Below, piece after piece: positions 12,351 to 25,930 of a stretch of 64,000 nucleotides of DNA. How positions within the stretch are numbered: the first letter of the stretch is position 1; the number at the start of each line of letters is the position of its first letter. A program made the translations under genes and the position numbers. The notes below the pieces were generated by a model. That model did no database searches, was not told the DNA's origin, and was given only the letters and a program-made list of their open reading frames with translations. This stretch comes from Vicugna vicugna (taxonomy: Eukaryota). Where the stretch lies: contig MU058788.1 in assembly GCA_013265495.1 (NCBI GenBank), forward strand, positions 1 to 64,000, written 5' to 3'.

Positions 12351-13384
12351 GTAGAACACACCTTGGAAAAAGTGCAGACTCAAAAACGTCTTTGGGGAAT
12401 GGGTGACTCATCTCAATGGGAGTTTATACTTTGAACCTGTTATCCCCAATTATTCAATGAAACGCTCAGGAATTATCAATTATCTTCATGAAACGTTTTC
12501 CCTCCCTATGCCTTTTAAAGCGAAAATACCCCTGAAGGCCTGTTCAACCGATCCTGTAGGTGACCTGCCCGGGGCTAAGCTGATTTCCAGGGACTTCCTC
12601 ATGGCCGGCCGCCTGCCCTGCGCACTGCCTGGTCCTGTGGCTGGGCCTCCTTCTCGGCGCCCTGTCTCATCACGTCTGCAGGCTCATTAGGGCTCCCTCT
12701 CCAGCCCTCTTCTCTCCAGGGCTCCCCCATCCTCATCCCTACAGAGGTCAAGACTTTCTCCAGTTCATTCTTAACATTGACCCAGCTCTGTGCTCGCCTC
12801 CTTCCCAGGAAGTCCACACGCACCGTGTCATCCACACACCCCGTGTCACAGGTGCGGCACGTCTGGCCCTCCTTGGGATCCGATTCAGGAATTTTCTTAG
12901 TTTAACCTCTCTTTCCTGGCATCCTGGAACATCCTATATTGTTCCTCTTTCTGGTTAAGAAGCTTCTGATAAAGACTCTCTTCCTGGAGCTGAAATGTCT
13001 TTGCTAACAGAGGTATGTCTGATTGAGGTGCTTTTTTAGAATCTCCCAAGGAATTAGACCCAGAGCAAAAAAATTTCATGGAGCTGAACTTAATCATTAG
13101 CAGCTTGAGGACAAGAACTGCATAGTGTATATTTTGGTTTCCCTTTCACTGTTTAGAGAAGTTTTAGGCCCGAGACAGACCTGTAATAAACACCTGTTGA
13201 ATAACTGGTTGACTGACAGCCAGCCAAGGATGCCGGATGTTTCTGTCTGGCTAAGATGTCTGGGTTTTTTGTTTTTTTGGTTTTTTTTAAGGAAAAATTG
13301 TGATTATTTGCTCTGCAGTCATTCACCAGATTTCCCTCATTTTTTTCTAATTTAAATTCGTTTTTTCTTTATTCTTTCTTTTCT

Positions 13385-13690
13385 CCCAGCTTTTCATTTT
13401 GAATAATTTTAAATATAGATAAAGTTGCAAGACTAGAACAGTAGCCTTACGATGCTCTCCACCTGATTTAACAATCAGCATTTCTGCGTATTTGTTTTCT
13501 CCCCGTATATTTATTATTCTCTCTATAAGGACTTTTCTGCTGGCTCACCTGAAAGTAAGTCACAGACATCATGACACATCACCCCTTCAGTACTTTAGCT
13601 GGCATCTGCTAAGAATTAGAACATTTTTCTACATAACTGCAACAGCATTATCACAGCTAAAAATTAACAACTGTTTCAAAATACAGACTA
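13385..13690 (-). mobile_element. Old L1 3' end (L1MC-like)
   Basis: aaagttgcaaga...gaaagtaagtcacagacatcatgacac...ctaagaattagaacattt resembles L1MC4/5 3' ends. Confidence 0.55.
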
Positions 13691-14059
13691 ATACCTCTTC
13701 ATTTATTCTGAAGTTGGAGATGTTGGCCTTTTGACTACACAATGGCTTTGTTCTCCAGTTCCTGTTCCTTACAAATCCACCAGACTTTATAGGGACAGGG
13801 AAGATCTACAGTTCATAGAAAACTCTTGCAGTCTCTGGTTCTGGGAGGATAAAGGGTTATTCGGACCCCAAAGATGGGCTGTTTCCAGAACAGACCATGT
13901 CCATGCTTGAGCAGGCAAAGGGGGATGTTGCTCTGGGGACACTGCGGCCTGCCTGGGCCCCACATCTGGGAGGGTTTCTAAGCCCCTACACTGTACAGTG
14001 TATAATCCTTGCTCTTAAATCTGTTTCTAGTATCCTTTACCTATTTTCATTGCAGAATT

Positions 14060-14160
14060 TAAACACTGTAACGAGCTGGCCCCCTCTTGCCGATTCTGAT
14101 TCAGTAGATCTGGGCTGGGAGTCACAGGGAACTACATTTTCACAAAGCTCTCCAGGACTG
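14060..14160. mobile_element. MER5-like hAT-Charlie fragment
   Basis: attctgattcagtagatctgggctggg...cattttcacaaagctctccagg. Confidence 0.6.
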
Positions 14161-15109
14161 GAAACCTGGCAGGGGGACGAGGGGAATGGAAAACCCCCCA
14201 TTTACACGGTCTGCCCACACAACGCTTCTCCCTACATCTTCCGTGTCTGTGTTTGTGGGTTTTGTAAGATGATCCCAATTATCTTCGGAAGTGAGTGTTG
14301 TATCAACTATAAATAAACGAGAGGCTTCTTCAGGACATCCATGCCTGCTGACTTTCCAGGCTTGGGCCTCTCTGTCCCTGCAGTGGTGGGGAGGGGTGTT
14401 GCTGTGAGCTTAGAGTGAACGGCAGGGGGCTGCACTTGGCTCTGCCATTTTCTGGTTACATGAAAGCTTACCTGAATTCTCTGAGCCTCCAGGGGTCTTG
14501 GAGATGAACAAGAGGAATGAGGACTCCGTAAGCTGTGCCTGTCAGCGCACTCTGTGAAAGCAGGAGTCCAGCTGAGCTGGAGGTATATTCACCGCAGAAC
14601 CCAGGTCTGTCTGGGGGATGGCTGGGGCAAGTGCGCCAGAAGTTCATGGACCCCGTGAGCCGAGAGGCCTCCTGGGAAGGCAGCAGCCCTGGGCTGGAGG
14701 GAGGAGGGGAAACTTGGTGCTTCTGAAGTTAGGAAGCAGCTGTCAGACATCAGAAGGTTCTCCTCCCTGTCCGGGACGCACGGAAAGGGCTACAAGAGTG
14801 TACAAAAACTGAAAGAACTGGTTCTTTATCATCTCTGCGGAATGTGGACGGGGCAAGGTCCACAGATATGCTGACACAACTTTCCGCGGGCAGCCCGCCC
14901 CGCACCAGCATCGACAGAGCCAGTATGGCAGGGAGCGCTGGTGACACGGCCTCCCCAGGGGACAGGCTCCCCGGGAGCCCGGGGTGGGAGGGAGGCGGGG
15001 GGAAGAACATCTCTCAGCTGACAACAGGAGAGAATTCCTTTTTAGGCTGTTTTGGCGATGTTCTCCTCATCCCAGGCGTTTTGATGGAAAGAGCTATCCA
15101 GAATGAAAG

Positions 15110-15629
15110 TGTTACGGAGTCCTAACTTGTTCTGCGCACCGCACGACAGGCCAGTAAGTCAGAAGATGAGGTACTGGAGCAAGGAATAACGACTTTACTT
15201 GGAAAGCCGGCAGATGGAGAAGATGCGGGACTAATGTCCTGGAGAACCATCTTCCCCAAGTCAGAATTCGGGCTTCTTTTACACTAAAAAGGGGAGGCGG
15301 TGCAGTTGGTTGTTGCAAACTTCTTGGTGTCAGAATCCTTTGTTCTAGCAGCTGTCCACGTGGGTCAGGTCATGGTGTCCCTACAAACCTCCCACAAGAC
15401 AAATGTTATCCTCTGCTCTGCAAATTTTTTTTCTCTCTACGAATGGGAAAGAGTTATACCCATAAAGGTCAGAGCCTGGAAAATGGGCTACCCTGTGTAT
15501 TTCAGGCTCTAGGCAACATTCTTTTATAAAAGGTGCAGAGCCAGCATGACTGAGCCCAGGAAACAGAGCACAGGGTTACAGCCAAAGGAACAGATCTAAC
15601 ATGAATCAGACTTGTTCGTCCCAGTTACA
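15110..15629 (-). mobile_element. ERV1 solo LTR, MER41-like (cetartiodactyl type)
   Basis: TG...CA termini (tgttacgg...ccagttaca), 520 bp, 4-bp near-TSD aaag/atag. Minus-strand start tgtaactgggacgaacaagtctgattcatgttagatctg resembles artiodactyl MER41-like LTRs as I recall them. Confidence 0.7.
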
Positions 15630-16367
15630 ATAGGGACTGTCGCGCTGACTTGCCAGCTCTAGCCTGGAGCGCCTCTCTGCAGCTCTGACCAGGGGATGCT
15701 GGTGGTGAGCCCCGGGTGGAGCAATCAGTGAGAATGAAGAGCTGGAAGGAGGAGTGGAAGCTGCCCGGTGGCCAGCTCTTCATCCTCAAAGGTTCATTCA
15801 TCCTCAGTGACATTCCCCTAACGTGGGGTGAGGAGCTTGGTGTCCACAAGCCCAGGAGACTGTGCAGATGCTTCCAGGATGTTCAGAATTTTAACCCGTT
15901 TTTGTGTTATTTCTACAGTAACGTGTAAACATATTTATTTTTACTTAAAAAAAAAAACTCTGGGTCAAATTTTTTATGCTGCACTTAATTGTCAAAATAA
16001 AAATTCTCATGTTAAAAAAAAAAAAGCAGGGTGGGTTGCAAGGGCCAGTGAGGAAGGCAAGCTGTGAGAGGAGGCAGTGGTCTGCAGTGGTTCCAGAAAG
16101 GCTGCTGAGCAGGGGTGAGTCTCACTGAGGATTTGTAGAGGCTGAAAGAAGGTCAGGGATTCCCCATCCCTCCTGACTGCTTCACTGAAGTATAACTTGC
16201 ATGTAGAAAGTGCATCTTTCTAGGTGTTCAATCCACTGGGCTGTTTCACAGACTCAGCACATCACGTAACCAGCACCCAGATCAAGCCCAAAGGTCTTCA
16301 GTTTCCCTGAAGAATCTGCAGCTCGCTGAGCTGTCTTGGGTGGGTCACACAACAGCACTGGGCCACT

Positions 16368-16500
16368 CTGTAAAACTGGAGTAACAACAGCATTCACTCC
16401 GTCCGGCTGTTGTGAAGATTCATAATAATCACGTAAAAGAATACATGAGCAGAGCTTGGAGCAGCGCCTGGCGTGCAGTAAGCTCATCGTGAACGTCTGT
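16368..16500 (+). mobile_element. MIR 3' half
   Basis: ctgtaaaactggagtaacaacag...gttgtgaagatt...gcgcctggcgtgcagtaagctc. Confidence 0.65.
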
Positions 16501-17819
16501 ATTTTCAGGGTGATTGAATTCTTTAACCCAAATGCCACTGATGAATTGTTTCTCCATTTCAATTCAAGTCAGGACATTTCTGGGAGGATTTTGGCGGGTG
16601 GTCAATGTATGGATCCACTAGGTACAAGGGGGACAGGAGTCTTCTTTCGAGAGAAGCCGTCCTCAACTTACTGAGGATGGAATTGCTCTATTTCAAAGTG
16701 TCCCCTTCCATTAAAGCCAGCTCATGATGGGACCTGAGCAGCCCTCTTTAATGTCTTCTTTTGACAGTAGCCTCTGTATAAATGCATTTCAGATTTCAAG
16801 GGGGAGGGGGAAGAGTTCTGATTATCCAATTTCGATGTATAATATTTTGGTCCTATTTAAGCAGTTATAATTTCATTTTTCTTTTCTCTCCTAATTGTGT
16901 ATTTTCCCTTATTAAAATATTTTAGAAGAAGAAAAATTGGACAATCAGAGTATAAAAAGGTTCTGTTGCGTGAAGACACAATATGTCATCACATTGCACA
17001 GGGCCCCTGACATCTCTGACAACAGCAGCTGATACAGCGAACGGCCACAGAAGCACTCCGCTCCACTGACGTGTTGCTGCAAGTCTGCACTGCTCCTGCT
17101 GTACCATACGTTCCAGAAAAAAGCCCTGGGGGCTTCCAGCGGGGAAGGATTCCCCAGAAGAATGACAGCCATGGAGCCGTGCGGTTCCAGGCCCTGAGCA
17201 GAGGACGAGTCAGCGCTTAAGGAGAGCTTGCTGCTCAGCCCATCACCCAGAAGAATGCAGTACCCGCACCCAAGCAGGCGGGCCTGGAGGTGCGGCGGGA
17301 AACTAAACGCAGGCAAAACAAATGGGAAGGAGAGCTGTCTGTGGTGCGAGCTACTAGGGAAACATGATGCAGTGCTGTTTAGAGGCCTGGGTTGTGTACC
17401 TTTACCTGAACGTTTTCAGGGTTCTGCGTCTCTCCTAATTTGCCAATTCCAATGGATCATCAGGGTCTACCGCCCTGCAAGTTAAATCACTTTGTAAAGA
17501 AAATAAATCAAACTTCCAGGAAAGCTGCAAAAATATTTCCCGTAAGTTCTTTACCCAGGCTTATCACCTTTCGGGGTTTTTTGTGCTTTTTTTTTGCCAC
17601 AGCTCTTTTATTATCCTCTGTCTATATCTTCCCTGGACTTTTGAAGGTCATTTGTGTTTATCATGCCACTTTAACCTCTAATAATTCAGATTTCCTAAGA
17701 ATAAGAGTCTTATATAATCATGGTACAGTTATCAAAATCAGAATATGTAGCACTCTACGTAGACTGGAGCCTGCTAGAACTGGCACTGTTGTTCCCTATC
17801 CTCCAGTCCCTCATCCACC

Positions 17820-17985
17820 TTTTTTTTTTTAAATTGAAGTATAGTCAGTTTGCAATGTTGGATCACCTGCACCCCAATGTTCACAGCAGCACTATTTACA
17901 ACGGCCAAGACACGGAAATAACCTAAATGTCCAGCGACAGATGACTGGATAGAGAAGTTGCGGTATATTTATACAATGGAATACT
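17820..17985. mobile_element. Short L1 insertion with 5' inversion
   Basis: Poly-T plus antisense L1 3' terminus (17820-17860) joined to a sense ORF2 C-terminal fragment (from 17868: CTPMFTAALFTTAKTRK*PKCPATDDWIEKLRYIYTMEY). Flanking repeat cctcatccacctttt / cctcgtcccctttt. Confidence 0.85.
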
Positions 17986-20076
17986 CCTCGTCCCCTTTTG
18001 TTAATTGTCCTTGTCACGCCCTCCACTGCGTCTTCAGCCACTCGTGTCACATGTTTTAGTTACCACTCTCCTCAGGCCCCTAGTCTGGAACAGCCCCTCC
18101 CCTTTTCCGTGTCTCACGTAATAGTGACATTTCTGAAGAACACAAGCCAGTTCTTTTACAGAATGTTCCTCAATCTTGTTTTTTTTCAGTATGTATTCAT
18201 TATCCGGTTTAGGTTATGCATCCTTGGCCAGAATACTGAAACGGTGTGTTGAGTCCTTCCCGGGACATCTTTGCAGACCCAGGACATCCATCTGACCCTC
18301 ATGAGGGATAGTCACGCTGATCATCTGGCCAAGATGTTGTCCAGCTTCTCCACCGTACAGTTACCGAGTTCCCTCTGCAGCTGGTAAGCATTCTGATGGA
18401 AGACGTCTGCAGACTTTGTAAATACCCTTCTTCTCATCTTGTAAATCTCTCTCCCCTGTCCCTCCCCACCGACAGGTTAGTATCTATTGCTCAGTCTCCT
18501 CCGACCGGTCTTTACAATGATGTCTGCACAGTAGTGATTTTCTTCCTCACCCTTCCCTTCACATTTACCAGTTGGCTTTCTCCTGGAAGAAAGAAACCTC
18601 TCACCTCTTCCACATATTTCTCTGTTTATTATCGGCATGTACTTTCAGATTTCTATTTTATTCAGTGTTTATTTTGACACATGTATGTCCCAGAGTCAGC
18701 CAATGGGTGCCCTTCAAGCTGGCTCCCGTGACCTTTTAACATTGCCCCGCCTCCTTTTAAACTCTCCCTAAGGCTCACCTAGGACCTTCCAGGCCCCACC
18801 CATGGATCAATTGCTACTGCAAGGGAACATTCTCATCATGGAGAATGGTATTTAGAAACCAAGATCCGGCTGCAAAACGTGCTCTTTGCTACCAGGGTAT
18901 CATTGCTCTGCGTCTTTTTAGTGGACAGATCTAGGACATACATACATACATACACGTGTGCGGTATATGTATGAATATTTGTTTATATGTGGACACGTAG
19001 TTGAGCATGGATATGTGTATACGTGTATATGTATATATGTGTATAAAATAATCAGATCATGCTGTTCTAATTCCAAATCTACTCAGAAGGAATCTTGCTT
19101 GCCTTCCCTCGTTCCATATCGTATCTCCCTTCTTCCATAATGAGAACCCTAGCTCCCTAAAACAATGCGTTTTCTGACTTGCTCAATTACACAATATGCA
19201 TAAAATAGTTTAATTGCGACACCCGTGACACTATGAAGACACATCATAAAGAAGAGTTCAAAGATGGTCATTCTTTTGTTCTCTAGACTGTGGGGATCCA
19301 GCCCAAGTACTCTGTCTGAAAGTCATGCATATTACTCCTTCGATCCCTTTTCAATGTGGGTATGTTATCTATTTGAAATATAGTTATTCACGTATTTGTT
19401 TGGATTCCGTTTCTGTTTGGATTCCATTTTTAGTGGCCTCCCCATAGTTTCGTTGATTTTCTTTTACTTTGAACATGTAGGACATGCACATGTTTCCGGA
19501 AGTCAAGTGTAGACAAAATGTATTCTTGGACAAGTGTCACTCCTGTCCCTTCCATCTTTTCCTCCCACCCATCACGGGGAACTCATTTCATGGTTTCCTG
19601 GTTTATCATTGGTGTGTGGGCTGACAACATAAACAGGTATTTGTATGTTTACTTATTTTCCCTTCTTACACAAAGAGTAGCCTGTAGTATGTAAGTATTG
19701 CACTTTGCATTTTCCCTTTGATTTTTTATTTCATATTTAATAATATATCCTGGAAATCACTCCATATCTGTTCATAGAAACTGTCTCAATTTTTCTTTAT
19801 AGTCTTGCCAACAGAGTGTCTTGTCAAGCTTTCAAATTTTTGCCAGTTTGTTGGGGGAATAAATAGTATCTCTGTAGTTTTAATTTGCAACTCTTTTATT
19901 ATGAGTAAAGTTTGACACCTTTTCGTGTTATTTACGGACTCTTAAGATCTTTACTGTGCATTGTCTGTTTATGTGTTTTGCCCATCTCGGGGTTTAAGCT
20001 CTTTATATATTAGTGAAATTGCCTCATCCCCTGTCTGTGGTGTGTGTGGAAATAATTTCTGCCAATTTATCATGTC

Positions 20077-20790
20077 TTCTTTTTATGATGGTAAAATACA
20101 CATAACATAAAATTTACCATTTGAATAATTTTTAAGTGCACAGTTCAGGGACATTAAGTACATTCACATCGTTCTGCACCACTATCAACCGCCAGAACTT
20201 TGTCATCTTCCCAAACTGAAACTCTGTACCAATTAAACAGTAACTCCTTCTTCCCCTTCTCCCAAGCCACCCTTTCTGTCTCTGTGAGTCTGAGGTATCA
20301 CATATTAAGTGGACTCATAGTATTTGTCTTTCTGTGCCTGGCTTATTTCACTTAGTGTCATGGTGTAGCTTATGTCAGAATTTCCTTTCTTTTTAAATAT
20401 TAACGAATATTCCACTGTATGTCACGTTCCATTCATTCACTGATGGACACTGGGCTGCTTCCACCTTTTGGCTACTGTGACTAACAGTGCTGTGAACATG
20501 GCGTACATGTTCATGCCCTGCTGAAGTCCTTGCTTTCACTTCTTTTAGGTATGTGGCCAGAAGAGGAATTGCTGAGTCACAGGGTAAGTCTATGTTTAAT
20601 TTTTTAAGGAACAGCCATACTGTTTTCTGCAGCAGCTGCACCGTTTTGCATTCCCTCCAGCAACACACAAGGGTTCCAACTTCTCCCCATCCTATTTGTT
20701 ATGTTCTATGTTTTTGTTTTTGTTTTTCTAAATAATAGCCATACTAATGGATGTGAAGTGATAGCTCATTGTGGGGGTTGTTTCTTTGTT
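20077..20790 (-). mobile_element. L1MB-like 3' end with ORF2 remnant
   Basis: ggtaaaatacacataacataaaatttaccat terminus. Minus-strand ORF 20393-20668 reads like L1 ORF2 ([35 protein letters not shown]). Confidence 0.85.
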
Positions 20791-21500
20791 TTTGCATACT
20801 CAGCGTTGGAGGTAGACTCCAGTTTGCCTTCATGGATTTTCGCCGTTGTCACGAAGTCTATTTTAGCCACGCAGTTTCTTTGTCCTTATGCTGCCCCAGG
20901 TCGCATCCAGCTTTTCCTCTGACTTCAGATCTGCAGCCTCCAGTGACTTGAGACCCACTGTCATGCACAATGGAGTGGAAGCGTTGGCTGTAAACCAGCC
21001 TTCTTCCCCTCATTCAGTGCTCTCTGGCCTGCTCTGCTCTGCCTGACAGGATCATAGATAGCTTCTGCTCCTTTACAATTAGATTTTCCTTTATGACCAA
21101 ATTTGAAAATCTCTTAACAGGCAAATTAAGTGCATTTGTAAACTGATACGGTTTGGTCTCCACTCTGTCCTATTACTTTCTGTTATAATTACTGCAAGTA
21201 TTATGGTATACTTACTGTGCTTCTATCACTATTTGGTGTGTCTTCTTTGCTGTTTAAAATCTTCTCTTTTAGGGTTTTGGCATAGGGCTCCCTAAATTTT
21301 GGAATATTTACACTTTGCTTTAGAGGTTAAGTTGTTATATTTTTATATTGCTTTTAATTCCATTGTTTTTCTCTTGACCCTTTAACATCTGGTCTGGCCA
21401 TTTTATATGGGATCATTTGACTCCCAGCTAATACCTACTTAGCAGTCCATTATATGATTCTGTTTCTTCTTTTCTCTCTCCTTTCTCCTTCAATTGTTTT

Positions 21501-21604
21501 TATTTGTTTATTTATTTATTTGTTTTTAGTGGAGGGACTGGGGATTGAACCCAGGACCTTGTGCATGCTGAGCGCACGCTCTGCCACTGAGCTATATCCT
21601 CCCC
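21501..21604 (-). mobile_element. Vic-1-type SINE (short form)
   Basis: Reverse-complement head with (TTTA)n tail; TSD ctccttcaattgtttt / ctccttcaactgtttt. Confidence 0.9.
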
Positions 21605-22112
21605 ACTCCTTCAACTGTTTTCAGTTGCACTTGTTGTACTTGGTTAGGAAGTGCAATGTGCACGTACTGCTGTTCCACCAATTAAGCACCTAAATGCTCT
21701 CCACCGGTCACTCGGTGGTTTCCTCTGCTGTCTCGTTTGGGGGGAGCTCATGCTTGAGGAAAGTCATATGATCGTCTCTAAATTTTTGCCCTCACTTCTC
21801 TTCTGTTTGTCTACAGCCTTGAACCTTGATGCCTGGACACTAAACTCCCTGGCTGGTCCTTTCTTTCCCTGAGTGTCTTGTAAATGCGTCCACTGTTGCC
21901 TTGCTTTGTCTGTTGTCAGCTTATCTTTTTATCTCTCGAAGTAATTTGATCTTTTCTGCCTTTAAACTCTAATAGTTTTACTTAGATATGTTTTGGAGTG
22001 GCTTATTCCAGTTTCCCAAGTTCACGGAAGGTATTTTTGATATATAATTTAAAATCTCTCTTATTTCTAGGTTATTTTCTGGGACTGTAGTTTCCTCCGC
22101 CCCTCCCTCCCA

Positions 22113-22345
22113 TTTTATTGAGATATTATAGACATACAGCACTGTGCACAGCATAATGACTTGACTAATATATATCGTGAAATGAGTACCACAATGTTTA
22201 GTAGATGTCCGTTATCTCATTTAGATACAGAAAAGGAGAGAAACAAAAATGGTTTTTTCCTTGTGTTGAGAATTCAGGATATTCTCTCTTAACAACTTTC
22301 GAAAATACCATACAGCAGTGGTAACTGTGTGCATCATACTGTATA
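22113..22345 (-). mobile_element. L1 3' end (L1MA-like)
   Basis: ttttattgagata...gagaattcaggatattctctcttaacaactttc...atacagcagtggtaact. Confidence 0.7.
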
Positions 22346-22625
22346 TGAGCATATATATGTATATGAGTATATGTATATGTGTATGCACATGTATGTGTAT
22401 ACATGTATATGTGTATGTATGTACATAGTATACGTCTACGGGCATGTATATGTATATGAGTATATGTATATGTGTATGTATATGTATGTGTATGTATGTA
22501 TATGTGTATGTATGTACATAGTGTATGTACATGGGCATGTATATGTGGACGAGTATTTGCATACGTGTACATATATGTATGCGTACATGCATACCTGTAT
22601 ATGAGCATGCTGTAATGTACATGAA
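22335..22625. repeat. (TATG/TG/TA)-type low-complexity tract with a 93-bp higher-order repeat
   Basis: Landmarks recur at 93-nt spacing (catagt at 22424 and 22517; ggcatgtata at 22441 and 22534). Confidence 0.85.
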
Positions 22626-23003
22626 CATGGTGGGAACTATGCTTATCATCTGGGATGACGGCGTTCATATTAATTCGGCTTCACTGTTTGGTGTTTCTAC
22701 TTTAGGGACTCCAGCAACATGGATTTTGATTCTTCTTTCCTGGCTTTCATTTTAACCACTTATCTTTGAAAGCTTTTTACTTCTTCCTTTATTTTCAAAT
22801 TCTTGATTATTTTCTTGCCATTCTTCAGTGTCCCCTTACATATTTGTATTTGATATACTCTCCCTTGGGTGTCTTGTAATTCTTTGCTCCTGGGATAATT
22901 TTGTCTTTATTTTCAATTTCTTTCCTGAATTTGATCAACTCTGGCTGCATTTCTTCCTAATTTTTGTCTACTATGATCTTAGTTTTTGAATTTCTGGTTC
23001 TAG

Positions 23004-23004
<1 letters not shown>

Positions 23005-23072
<68 letters not shown>
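23005..23072. repeat. Interrupted (TG)19(GT)15 microsatellite
   Basis: Read directly; one phase shift at 23042/23043. Confidence 0.95.
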
Positions 23073-23075
<3 letters not shown>

Positions 23076-24322
23076 AATCCAAATACATGATACTTTGTTC
23101 ATCTTGAGGGTTAGACCTGTGGTGTTACAATTTTCCTCTGCTTTGTGGTTTAATTGGCAGGGCAGAGGGGATTTTCATCAGTTGAAATGTTATGATTCAT
23201 TTTCTCACCATAAGAAATGCAATTTTTTTTTTCTTTTCGCAGTAGCTTTGTATGCAGCTAATTTGATGTTTTTCTGCTACTAGGCATTTTGACACAGGGG
23301 TCGTATTTCAAGAGTGTGCCCTGCTATCTGTACTCTGAAGTGCAATTTTAATTTTCTTTTTTTTAATTAAAAATCATTTTTTATTATTTTAATCGAAGTA
23401 CCGTGAAGTGCAGTTTTAAATAGAGAAACCGCGGTTGGGGGGGGGCGGGGATTGATTGCCTTTTATTTCTGCGGGATATTTACTTTTCCCTTCTGTCTTC
23501 CTTCTCTCCCTTCACCACCAGACCTCAGAAGGGCATTGCTCTTTCTGTTTATCTGACTTTTCCCAGAAGCAAGGCTTCTTCAAGGCTGCCACCTCCTGTC
23601 TCATTCTCTTTCAAACCTCTTCCTTTCTTCAGTCAAGTACCCAACCTGTGTTCAGTGTTTGGTTCTTGGGGCTGGACTTTCTCTTTACAGAGGGATTTAA
23701 GCCTGGGTTTCACTTAAATCCTTGGCAACAGTGGAGGGAGCCCTGTTGGAATCTGATGTCTTTCCTTTCTTCCACTTAAGAAGTAGTTTGAAGTTCAGTT
23801 CATGGCGTTTGCTCCCCTACTAGTGTGAAGGCTTGTTTGTTTATCGTGTTTGTGTTTTGCTGCGGATTTGAGTAGAGAATCAGATTCCTTTATCCCCTAG
23901 ACTGGGCAGCTCCTGGAATCCCTATTAAAATGCCAAGTAACATTTCTTCCTTTCTTAGGAACACTGGAAACTTCGCTGTTACAAGGGCACCTTCAAGGTT
24001 ACACAGATTCTGTTACAAGACAGATCTGTCTTCTTGCATCCTTAAAGATGTTTCATGTGCTGCCTCTTCTTTCTTCTTTTAAGAAAGCAACCAACCACAA
24101 AGAAAAGATTTAAATATGTATATACATTGCCTTCCTTCTTCCTCATTTCGTGTTTAGTTAAAAACCAAAAAGAAAACCCTGCTATTAAGCGCTCTGTTCA
24201 TCCCCGGAATAATGTTCCCTTGAAAACCATCTCTCAGTTTCCACGTCTAGGCCCGCACCTCTGCCTAAATAAACAAATAAAACGGACACCTGGGGATCAG
24301 TGATGTCTGACTGCAAGATTAG

Positions 24323-25930
<1,608 letters not shown>

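Larger units (their letters stand above)
17590..23300 (-). mobile_element. Mosaic of ancient antisense L1 fragments (L1MC/ME-like) hosting younger insertions
   Basis: Long T-rich, CpG-poor block with L1 3' UTR/ORF2-like remnants (e.g. tagtatctctgtagttttaatttgcaactcttttattatgagt); boundaries approximate. Confidence 0.55.

Noticed and set aside
19397..19430. Imperfect 17-bp tandem tgtttggattccgtttc / tgtttggattccatttt
   Set aside because: Lies within decayed L1 sequence; an ordinary slippage duplication with no sign of function.
20393..20668. ORF resembling L1 ORF2
   Set aside because: Decayed fragment of a truncated old L1, not an intact gene.
22198..22755. His/Tyr/Ile/Met-rich ORFs of 76-156 aa
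   Set aside because: Translations of the TATG low-complexity repeat; the same applies to 51883-52246.
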